Both the position numbers and the translations under genes were made by a program. Source: Nymphaea colorata (taxonomy: Eukaryota). From it: DNA of 64,000 nucleotides. The stretch's first letter is position 1. Every line of letters starts with the position of its first letter. Below the pieces are notes generated by a model that searched no databases, had not been told where the DNA came from, and worked only from the letters and a program-made list of their open reading frames with translations. The stretch is taken from assembly GCF_008831285.2 (NCBI RefSeq), contig NC_045138.2:25110001-25174000 (forward strand), in the 5' to 3' direction. Of this stretch, positions 25,506-36,499 are shown piece by piece.

Positions 25506-25913
25506 TGTTGGAGCTTTGCTAGAAATCTAGATAGCGCACAAACGAAAATGCAGAAATCGAAAAACAAACATTCATGATTCATGTGGTTTTATATAGGGCA
25601 GAAGAAGAACCTGTAAAGGCGACCGCCGACTGAATGTCGGCGGCTGTGGGAAGAACGGTTACAGTTCCCATAGAGTCGTTCCCTTGCGGAGGTAGCGGCG
25701 GTGGCGGCGGTGGCAATGGGTTTCTCTCCTCAGCCATAGCAGCCCAGTGATGGGGACAGGCAATTCACGTATGGCTAAGGGGACCGATTACCCAGACGGT
25801 AAAAACTTGATGTGTCTCACACCATCACAAGACACATGTATTTATACTTAAGGGTCTGAAACGGATATGAACCCGTATCGACGCAGGACTATCCAGATGG
25901 AGAAATCCCAACA
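25506..25913 (-). repeat. 5' LTR of the copia element
   Basis: Same sequence as the 3' LTR; TATAAATA on the minus strand at 25846-25839. Confidence 0.95.
25611..25737 (-). other. Predicted first coding exon of gag inside the 5' LTR
   Basis: ctgctATGGCT start, 42 codons + 1 nt (MAEERNPLPPPPPPLPPQGNDSMGTVTVLPTAADIQSAVAFT), donor CAG|GTTCTT. Phase 1 matches the acceptor ttcttttgtcgtctgcag|TG at 24437/24436. The frame is open in both LTR copies. Confidence 0.55.
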
Positions 25914-26176
25914 GTTGATGCATGCCAAAAGCTTCCGGGTGAAGAACGATACATCTCAGGATATTTTGTTTGGTTCAGTAACTTCAGTTATATTTTGGTT
26001 GTCTATTGGTTCTCAAAAATATGTTTGCACAATCTATAGGGCAGGCCTTGTTAAAGTAATGTTTTCAGAAAGACTGAACATTCAACCGAAGTTTTAATGA
26101 CAACTACAAACACGAAGATGAAATCGAACACATGAGCTGCTGAGCATGCATTGGATCTTACAGTTGAAACTTCATC

Positions 26177-26257
26177 AAGCTATCACTGTCATGAACAGGA
26201 CACAAGCCATCACTGTCATGAACAGGACACATGCCATCACTGTCGTGAAGATGATAC
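26177..26257 (+). repeat. 3 x 27-bp tandem repeat
   Basis: aagc(t/c)atcactgtcatgaacaggacac; the third unit is diverged. Confidence 0.85.
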
Positions 26258-27682
26258 AGATGGGTTCTTTATTTTACCAAGGAGAAACTTCGCTAAATAA
26301 CCGAGATGAGAATCTACGTTCAAACGTGAAAGCAAAACAATGACGAACATACGCGCAAGTTTTTCTATTTTCAGCACCAACTGGCTAAAGCTCCAGGTGC
26401 ACACGTAGCTCCAGAAAAATGTCTGTATAAATGTCCCTTGCTCACTGGGGAGTCCGGAACATAAATCACAAGAGACTTGGGATTTCCATATAATAAAGGA
26501 AGGAGATCATGAAAAGCAAGAATTAAGAAAGAAGTTATAGCAGTAAACAGCCAAAAGTAAGAACCAAAACAGAGTATATCTACATGTTGGGTATGCTAAA
26601 AGAAGAAGAATGCAAAAGGGGATGTTGTTTGTAGTATCAGTATTTCTGAATTAACAGGATAAACAAACCGTCTTCTGACGGTAGCAAGCTAGCAGTTTGC
26701 TGCAGCAAGTGAAGAAATGTCCACCTGGAGCCACTTGGTGCCTCCACCTCGATAGTGATTTGTTCAAAGAACAAACAAAAATAAAATTCATTTGTATTGG
26801 TTGAAGCACGCTTCGTAGTGTGCATATGCGCCTGAATGCTCTTCATAACAAGCACACTATCTCCGCACTATCTTTATAAGACTATAAAGGTTATTACCTC
26901 GAGCGCATCTCAGTTGATGTTGAGAAAGCTTTCAAAGATTTGGTGTGATCAGTATCCGTTTCATAATTTCTTTAAGTGCATCTTGGTGAGTGTCTTGATT
27001 GACACTAAAACGTTCAAATGATATGAACAAATAATTAAATTGAAAAGGTTAGGCTTTTGCATTTGCTGCGGGCGTGCGGTCTATCTTTTTGCACTTTTTC
27101 TCGTTTATTGTTCAGAAAAGCACTGCACTTAGCAACAATAACCTTTTAAACTTTTCTGTTCCACTCGTGCAAGCTTAGTCATGCTTATCTTTTTAAGTTG
27201 TTCTCTATTAAATTAAGCCAAACTTGGTTGCGATAGTGCAACTTCTCATTAACGCCCTGACAAGGTCACCCGCTGACACGTCTTATTGGATCGTGAATTA
27301 GATTCTTCATGAAGACAACAACCAAATTAAAAGGAATTCTGCTTCAGTAGTACGATTGATCGATTTCTTATCACATTTATTTAGTGGAGACTGTATTTGT
27401 CTTACTGCCAAATATTCTTAAACAATTGGTGTTTCTAGAGAGCTGCAGACTATAGGAATTGTTTGGTATTCATGAAATAGGCTTGATTTGATTCGTTGTC
27501 CTTGTTAAATTCAAGTTATGGATCCGAGCAGGCGCTGTGGTTCGAGCTGCATCCTCATGAATTTAAGGATACGCGCTGTGGTTCGAGCTGCATCCTCAGC
27601 CAGAGGCAGTTCTTGAGACGTGAAGCCACCCCTTTCTTTAGCCCGTCCAGTGGATTCAGGCCTGCTTTGGAAACTATATAAT

Positions 27683-28127
27683 TAGAGATGTCAATATATT
27701 CGATTTGAAACGGATATTCGGTTGATTTGATCCAAAAAATTCAGATATAAAAAAAAAATAATGTCCTTTTAAGAAATCAGATCGGATTCAGATTTGATAA
27801 ATGACATCCAATCGGATTTGGATGTACATAAATATCCGATCAGACTCGAATACAGATTCGGATCGAATTCATTTTTAGACAAATATCTTGTATCTAATTC
27901 TATTAAATTTTGAAAATTGCCAAAATCTGCTTCAATATTCGGATTCAGATTTGATATAAATATAAAAATCAGATTCAGATTGTAAAATAGATTTTGGATT
28001 TGGATTCAAATATGACTTTTTTTTATTTGAATTCAGATCCGAATTCAAATCCTAATACGTGAATCTTTGAAAAAGCATATACGATTAAGGATACATATGA
28101 TCGGAATCCGATCCGTTGACATCCTTA
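27683..28127. mobile_element. hAT-type MITE (ATCCGA/TCGGAT-rich family)
   Basis: TIRs tagagatgtcaa / ttgacatcctta; flanks TATATAAT/TATATGGT (6/8); many subterminal TCGGAT/ATCCGA motifs. Confidence 0.75.
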
Positions 28128-30229
28128 TATATGGTTTCTACAATACACCCTTCAACTCACGTGTTGCACATGCTATCTTTTGTAGGTTAGAAGAGTAACA
28201 TCTACGGCCATCAAACTGAAAACACTTTATCAACATGATGCTCAGGCCAACCAACTAAACTAGATCCAACACCAGTAGCCTGTAACAAAGTTCAGACCCA
28301 GTTCTGGAAATTTCTCTGGGCTTGGCAAGCAGGGGACTTGATCAAGAAACTTGTTGGTATGCGCCTAACTGCACACAAATACTGCCGCATAGTTTGATCG
28401 ACACCGGCAAAAATAGCTGTTAATAAGTAAGCTTCTTTACGTGCTGCTAAGTCTAACTACCAAGAAATGAAGCTTCCCTGTCCGGGTGCAGTTTTAGACT
28501 GATGGTTTCATAGTTCATACTTTCTGGTAGAGTGGGTTGGTTCGGTCAAGGAAACTGAGTCCACTCCGTCTTCGCTTAACTCATGACTTAGCATCGTAAA
28601 GCAGTATTCCCACAAGTTTCCGGATCATATAATATGAGTGCACAGAGGAACCATTTAGTAACTGAAAAAAAAAAATCAAATCATGTTTTAAAATTTATAT
28701 ATCAAATCATGTTTTAAAGTTTATATTTCAGTCTCATAACACTTGAAAAACTTTACACTTTTAAGATTCTCTTTTTAAGTTTAAAAGTGTTTTTTGTTTA
28801 TGATGAGAAAGCGTTATTCCGGTTCCATTTATCATTTGAACCACACTTGAGTTGAACTAGAGTTGGGGAACAATGGCAATGAACTATTATTTGATCAGAG
28901 TCGCCAATAAAATTGAAGTCCTCGTTACAAAGTTTATTTATTTATTTCTTTTAATCACCAAACGTGTTTACCTATTTATTTATTTACATATTCTGCATTA
29001 TTTTTTTTGTATGGAGTCGGTCAATGTGCATTCCCATTTGCTACGCGCTGCTATTTTTGTTTCATCTTTGAAATTCAAAGATCTCACTGCAAAAGCGGTG
29101 CTCTATTAGTTTTAAAATCTCATCGTTCCAAGCAAATTCTACCATACAGAACGTTTTGCATCTGAATCACATTAAATATATATATATATATTATCATCTT
29201 CTCATAAACATAAATGAAAAAATATAATAAGAAAAATATTAAGAAAGCCGTAATATCGGGAACGAACACGGAATCTCCACGGTCAAACCGGGACGGAGTT
29301 GAGTGTTGAAAATGAAAAAATTTCGGTACGATTAAAATGGGGCGGCGGGACCCACCGGGGTAGGTGGGCTGCCTTGAGTTGAGGAAGGAACCAAGAAGCA
29401 TCGGAGTGGGCCCCACTCCACTGACCCACGTTAGAGTGGGTTGTTGCCTGCTGGGAGGTCCCACTCCAAGTCGATGTCGAAGGCGAAGACGAAGACGACG
29501 GCGACGACGATGACAGGACCCCTCCGCACTTTCTCCCTGCCCCTTCCCACCCGGTCAGCCGTCGCCGGCGACGTGACGGCCGGGAAGGTCTGCCGTGAAG
29601 CACAATCCTTCCCTCGCTATTGATAAAGTTTGATGGAATTAGCAGCCCGTTGAAAGCGGTCAAGTGTCTCATAATTCAGACGCTTCTGTAAACTCTCTTC
29701 ATCTCTAATGGTTTCATTTTTATGAGCGTCAACTCCTTGCACAAACTGGCTTATAAAATTATCAGGTTCTAGAACTAAGAGTTGATCTTTTGTTGAGAAC
29801 CAATTAGTTTTACTATTAAAAGTTGGCTAAGATAACAAACCTTCACCGAACCAGCATCCGTTCTGCTGAAGAAAAGTTGTTGAGAGCTGAATAATTGAAC
29901 GACGCCGGTGTAATAGCTGTCGAATGGTCAGGAAACTCCGGTTTTAGCGCGTTGATGGAACGTGTAAGATTAATTATCTTCACATTATCCTTACCCCACA
30001 CATGACGCCAGACAACAAACAGTAAAGTAAATAGTGAACTTACGAGAAATATCTACCAAATCATCTATTATGATTAGCTTTTCTCTTTTGCAATTTCATA
30101 TTTAATTTCTACGACTTATATTTTTTTTTATTTTCCTTGATTGATATCCTTCATACTTCAGATAATTCTTTCATTTCTGCTCCCTTACTCCCTAATCAGG
30201 GTGTCTATGCATGTTCCATGAAAGATGAA

Positions 30230-31100
30230 ACTAATTAAATATTTTATGTTTGAATATTAATTTGGCAAACTTTCTATAGACGCATGTTTTTAGTCCAACT
30301 TCTATATGGGGGTGGATCATGATATTTATATTTTTTATGAGACAATCACTTTTGTTTTTTCTCATCTCCAAAGGAGGTTGGCACAAAAGCAAAGCGGAGG
30401 TGGCACTTGAGGCATCGAAAAGTAGATCATGATACGATAAAGGGTTGAGAGGAGACTTCGGTCTTCTTTTAGGCAATGGAAATCCCCGTTCACTCTATTA
30501 TTTCTTTTTCCTCAATAGTTATTTTCTTACTTTTCTTTGATTTGATCGATCAGCTAAAATGATTAATTACAGCAGTGCATGGATCTGAAATGACAATCCT
30601 TTAATATACCGAAATAACAAGTGGATTCGCAGCAATGAAGATCTTAGATCACTATATGTCTGAGATAAGAGATCCAAGACTATCAAACACAACCTTATAG
30701 TTGCATAAACTCTAAGTCCATTAGTCACTTTGGGCGCTCTAAATTCGGCCATTGTTCCAAACCACTGAAGAAAAAGTGGAGTGATTAGATAGCCTGAAAG
30801 CTCCAGACCTTGAACTGACTTAATTGCATGTTAGTAGTGACCTAATAGAAGGTTCTAAGTTGTTCACACTTATAGCCCAATAGTGACACTTAACAACCCC
30901 GATTTTTTGCAAGTTTTGTTGGGTCCCATGCTTGTCAAAATAGCTTATTCCTCCAAAAGAAGAGTCTTCTTCGGTGGGCAGCGGTTTACATCCTTTCAAT
31001 AATCAGAGTGAAAGCGGCTGCCATCGAAGCTATTCTTTAGGGTAACTTCTAATTAGCATTCAACGATAGGGAATTAATATGCAACAGTTGCCATATCTAC
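30230..31100 (-). mobile_element. Highly decayed L1-type LINE RT remnant
   Basis: Fragments CLIVLDLLSQ, IHLLF (at the HLLFADD position) and PLSY..L....LCQPPLE occur in the order expected for plant L1 RT. Many stops; boundaries uncertain. Confidence 0.4.
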
Positions 31101-34100
31101 CACCTGATATTGTGATTAAGAAAGATGATATTGTGATTAAGAAAGATTTGCCCCATAAGGTCTCAATATTTATCCCTTTGTTTAAGCTTGCGCTTTCGTA
31201 ATCTTAAATATGTTTACAAAGTCATTGACAGACGAATCCATGCAACTAAGTGAGCGTCAGCTTGAGGACCTTCTAGTTGAAAGACGTGAAAGAGTCGGAC
31301 TCATAGCCAACTTAGGAAGGAATGGTAGGAATCCACACATGTCTGCCTAACTCTAGCTTACCAACCCAAGGTCTTCTTGAAATGAATCTCCAATTCTCCA
31401 AAAATTTGCAGACTAGACAACCAACAAAATTGAAGAAATTGATTTCTTACACCCCAAATTGTTCGATCCCTTAATTTTAAGAAACTATAACATCTCCCTC
31501 TACATAATTATTCTGTCATCGATGCTAGTGGTAAGAGCAAAGGCGGATTAAACTTGATAATATGCGACATACTGGTGCATGAAATATTTTTGTGTGGTAG
31601 TATGGTTGATGAATAAAATACCTTCAATGCACACGGAAAAAAGAAAACCGTTTTTGCAAGGACAAAAATGAAATCGAAAAAAGTAAAATGATTAAAAAGA
31701 ACGTTTTTTTAAATTACAAAAATGTCCCCTCTGCTCTTGCGCCGTATATGTGTTGCGTGCGCCTGACGGTGCACGCAACTCCCCTCCCACACGGCCCTCA
31801 CCTCCTCCTTCTTCTCACGTTTTGAAAATTTAAATTTTACATTTTTCAAAAATTTTAATTTGGCCCCAGTAAAACTTTCAAAGAAAAATGGTTGGTGCTC
31901 TAAGGATTTTAAAATTTTTATTTAAGGCCTCACTAAAGATTTCATCTTGACTTTGCCCTTAGGTTGGGTGCAATTGTGGCACACGTACGCACATGAATTG
32001 CTTATTTATATGTCCATGCCTTACAGCTATTTTCTTATTTACATATGCCTTTTAAAATTTGAATATTGTTTAAATTATTATCGCCTCTTGGCTAAAAAGT
32101 TTTGGTTCAGCCACTGATTATACCTCTTACAAAGCAGCAGGTGTGTAAACAAAAAACAACATTTTAAAGATCCAATTAGGAACATGTCTTTTCATTTCTT
32201 AGTAACAGAGGATCTCTTCGAGGTATTATAATTGTCGAATACTTGGCCTTAATAGTGAGTAGAGGACTTCTAAACAGTAGGACTGAGTGTCTCATAAATA
32301 TACTTTATTATTATTATTATTATGTGACAGTAGGACTTCTAATACTTGATCTTTGGTTATAGTTTACAAAAACAATAATACAAAGCTTTTTTTAGGTTAG
32401 AAAATTCAACAGCTGACTAAATTATTTACTTGTACATAAGTACAAGTAATATTATTTTAGCTATAACGCCAGTAAACGTCCATGTGGTTGTTGGTGGCGT
32501 ACCCAGGACGTTGTAGTCGAATCTGATTTCGAACATTCAAATCAAAGACTTTTGTCCAGTACTGAATAGATCTTGCCAGATGACCCTTTAACAAGTTTTA
32601 GCCGATGATCCTATCAAACATTTTTAACTGTGTAAGCATTTAGCAGATGCATGAAGTTAGGCCACTTCAAGCTTTGAATCAGCTATAGAGCTGCTTGAAA
32701 TTTCAGGTAAATGTCATAAGTCGCATAAGGGAGCATGTGACAGTGTCCTCCTTTCCCTTTCCGCCACCTTCCCCACTTTTTCTTTGAAAAAAATAGTCTT
32801 CCTCAAGAGAAATATAACAATTCCAATATGTTGAATAACTTCGTTTCATTTTTTTTCTTTTAATTTTCTACCGTTAAACTCGAGTAAAAGCCTCGGAGAA
32901 CATCACATAGCTGGTTGAGATGAGGGCATATGAAAATGGCATATCTTTAGTTAGATTCCCGTGGAAGTTAGGTGTCTGCAATTTAAGGTAATGGGATATG
33001 TTACCTAAGTTGAAGGGTACAAAGATGCGATTGTTGATGTCGATGCAGCTCATGATCCTAGAAACAAGGGGAATGGAAGGGTTTTGGTGTGGCAGTAGGT
33101 AGTTAACCTCTTGTTCACCTGTAAAAAATTCCTTGCTGCATTCACAACCGCGTAAGACCCTGATGACATCGTCATCTTGTGTACAAGAAACCACTCTTGC
33201 TTTATAAAATGACTGTTGTATGTATGCCTGTTGCTTCTTTCTCAGTCAGTTTCCAACTAAGATTTAGGCATTGCGTGTTGGGAAACTTCTCCGTTCCCCC
33301 CAGTTTTGTTCTGTATATAAGCCTTCATATGCTGCCACATCTAATTGAAAGGTCTCTTCGCTTGACGACAATGAATACGACATTTCCAACCCACATCACA
33401 CCCTTATAAGAATATGTGGAAGAGAATATGTTATTAAAGTTCCCACGCTTTTATCCATGCAATGATGTTCCAGTTAATTAACTATTTCAAGGTCGATTGC
33501 ATTCAATATTATTATACTTTTGTACATTTGAGTAGTAGATGATTGTTAAAGTAAAATATGTTGTGTTCTTTTCTGCAACGTAACGTGGGAGGATAACCTT
33601 GCATTATACGAATAAATTTGATAACAATTTTCACCACCAATTAAGCAGTTAATAAGAAGTTTACTTGAAAAATGTCAAGTTAAAGAACTTAGATGAGTCT
33701 CAACCTTGTCATTTTACTATTTCATTTGATTTATTCACGTGAGGCTTGGCGGTTGGACCTCGCCTTCTTCTTCAACCAAAGGCAAGTTAATGAATTGAGA
33801 CATCTACCACGACAAGTAGTAACGCAGTTTATACTTAGGAGATCTATAAGAAAGGTGTCAAGTTGAAGATCATAGATCAAATCTCAAGATCGGCTTATAC
33901 ATCTGCCCAACACCTATTTAGTGTAAAAATCCCACATCTCCCTAGAATCGATCGAACTCCTGACCCACTTGAGTAGGGAGAGTTGTATGCGCCACAAGCA
34001 TACGCAGTAAGAGTGGAGGGACATTTTTGTGATTTTTTATATAGAAATGTTCTTTCTTGTCTTTTTATTTTTTTCGATTTTTACTTTTATCTTTATTTCT

Positions 34101-35153
34101 TTTTTTGTATAAACAGAATTATTTTCATCATTTTTGAAAAAATCAAAAATCATGCACCCATATAACGAGTTTCACCGCCACTTGAAAACACAGACTTCCG
34201 GCAAGTAAAATTCGTAATATACAGGTGTCAACCCTACCAAATGATTGAAATTTGGTAACCTATAAAAGCACCACCCTTCTTGCCACCTTTTAAGCATGAT
34301 TCTCCACTACCAAATACATAAAATAACATTAATCATGCACTAAAAAAATGGCTGGATGCTTGTTAGTGGCTCTGTCTTGGTAGATCATCGATGTCCTGAC
34401 CTACTTGACTTTGACTCTGTCATATATCATTTCAGCATATTCTAAGGATAACGGCATCCTATTTCAATACATTTCAGTCCGAAAACTTAGGTAAAGAAAT
34501 AATACAGCAAGCTTTGTGGTTTTGTACATTATCGGCCAAGACATACTCGATCGAGCTAACCAGCTCGGCGGAGGAATTCCAAGTTCATTATTGCAGTCTG
34601 GTTGAGACAGTTCACGCGTCACCATGCTTCCGGTCAATGGTTGCAAGTGAGAGAAAATCATGATGTTGCTTCATGAAATAGTTGGTGCATCTCGACGTTA
34701 AAATATTTTTCTCAAAGCTCTATTCAATTACACACATATAATATGCATAGCAGATTATGGTGGCTTTTTATATATGTTAGTTGAAGTGCCCAACTGCTTC
34801 GAAGTTGCCATATTTTTTCTATTCCGGCCTACTACTCAACTTGGTCAATACTCTACCAATAAGGTGTCCCAACTTTCTGAATTTTCCAATACTTCCAATA
34901 CAAGCTGGCACAGATCTGCTTTTTCAGAAAACAAGAGCAAATTGCTTTCATTTACGTCTACTGAACAAGTGGATACATATACAAATTTAAGGAAATGAAA
35001 GAAGAAGATAATTATAAAGCATTATCCAACGATATACCACAAGATTCGAGGCCGGCTTCTAGAGAAAAGCACAGCTACGTGCAATCTCTTGAGAGAATAA
35101 ATCATAGACTCATATTGAACAAGGCCCCACCTTTAGAAAAAACCCGCCTGAAT

Positions 35154-35324
35154 CAGGGGCGGAGGGAGGGGGGGCCGCCTACGCCATGGCCCCACCCCAA
35201 CCAAATTTTTTTAAAAAAATTTAGTGTAAAAATTGATTTTTTTTTTTGTCTTTTTTGAATATAAGTTCAGTAAATCCAGTCTCCATTTGGCCCACCCTTG
35301 CAAAAAATTTCGGCTCCGCCCCTG
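35154..35324. mobile_element. hAT-type MITE (CAGGGGCGGAG family)
   Basis: TIRs caggggcggag / ctccgcccctg; flanks GCCTGAAT/ACCTCAAT (6/8). Confidence 0.8.
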
Positions 35325-36499
35325 ACCTCAATAATGAATGTGAATGCAGTAGTAGACCAGGTAGACGACTCCTCTACGCAGACAAACCTCCTGGCTGTTT
35401 CTGTAATATACTATGTGTATCCTTTGCCACAAAAGGTTCCTGCTTGGTGATGTAGGCGTCCCTCCCTTCCATCCAAATGACCAGATGCAGTCAGCTACAC
35501 GACAGCAAGATCAACGCATGATGCAACGCATGATGTCATATCAAAGATGTATGATACTCTTTTCTTCACTGACCTTAAGTAAAAAACAAGACATAGGTTA
35601 AAGAAGAATCACTTATGTGATTATACAATATATATGGAGAGAGAACGAGAGAGAGAGAAGACGACCGAAGTGGGTGATGAACTCTGTCATTGAAAGTGCA
35701 TCCCACCGAAAAGAAAGAAAGGTTTGGTGGAACCTAACCACAAAGTTAAGTGAGAGTTGACATGAAGGAGTGCATCAGTACCTAAGAGGAAGATGAATCA
35801 AATCATGTGGGCGATGCAAGATCAAACGATATGAATGACGAATGACAAGAATAAGATGTGTCGCTACTTCGGTAGAAGTGAGTAATAAACGGAGACAAAG
35901 TTGAATAGTCGACCCAAGTTCTTAGGTGGCAGAGGATAAGATCTACGTCCTTGTATAATTCAACATGTGTGCCAAGAAAGGCGAAAGTGACCGAACCGAG
36001 TAGGACCTACAACAAATTTATCAAACTCATGAACTCTACGTTAACTTTAGTGCTGTTGATGGAGGTAGAGGGATACAGTACATGTGCCTGGCTTTATGGG
36101 AAGAGAAGAGTTATCGTGCACTGGACCAGAGTTGTGATAGAATGTCCAATGAATTGTTGGCAAGTTTCCTTATCATAAGCAAAAGGGAGAAATTAAACTG
36201 CAAGAATTGAGAAATCTTCCACGCTCAATTTTTTGGTGTTCTTGGGTTGGGAGCAGGAGCTCTGCCATTAAAGCTGGGGTATGAAGGAGTATTAATGCCA
36301 ACAAGGATACAGACGCTGAAAAGAGAATTTTAGATCACTTTATTGATTTAATGCTTGTTAAATAAGGGCAAGAAGAAGAGAAAGAAAGAAAGAACTTTGC
36401 CTTGCACGTAGGATATTACACCTTTAAGATAATAACAACAACAACAGCAACAAATTAACAATAATTATAGGAATGAGCTCATGGTCGGAGGAGATCTGA

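Larger units (their letters stand above)
19773..25913 (-). mobile_element. Full-length decayed Ty1/copia LTR retrotransposon (possibly TAR-like lineage)
   Basis: Two 408-bp direct repeats bounded by TG...CA. TSD GTTCA (19768-19772) / GTTGA (25914-25918). PPT next to the left LTR. Domain order gag-PR-INT-RT-RH on the minus strand. The lineage guess rests on recalled gag similarity only. Confidence 0.96.
16636..26300 (+). pseudogene. Possible relic multi-exon gene interrupted by the copia insertion (family not recognised)
   Basis: Series of short AG...GT-bounded segments with protein-like translations and scattered stops, e.g. RYYTDNDLIFETEKEARLRSTILK (~17505), LNVVLNQVDREELIHMEQFV (~18270), DLTEQELYQLTVHE (~19212), DLQPFKNLNFY (~19566), VDACQKLPGEERYISGYFVWF across the TSD. 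Confidence 0.3.

Noticed and set aside
32990..33160. DAIVDVDAAHDPRNKG, resembling a LINE RNase H start
   Set aside because: Too short and degenerate to support without a profile search.
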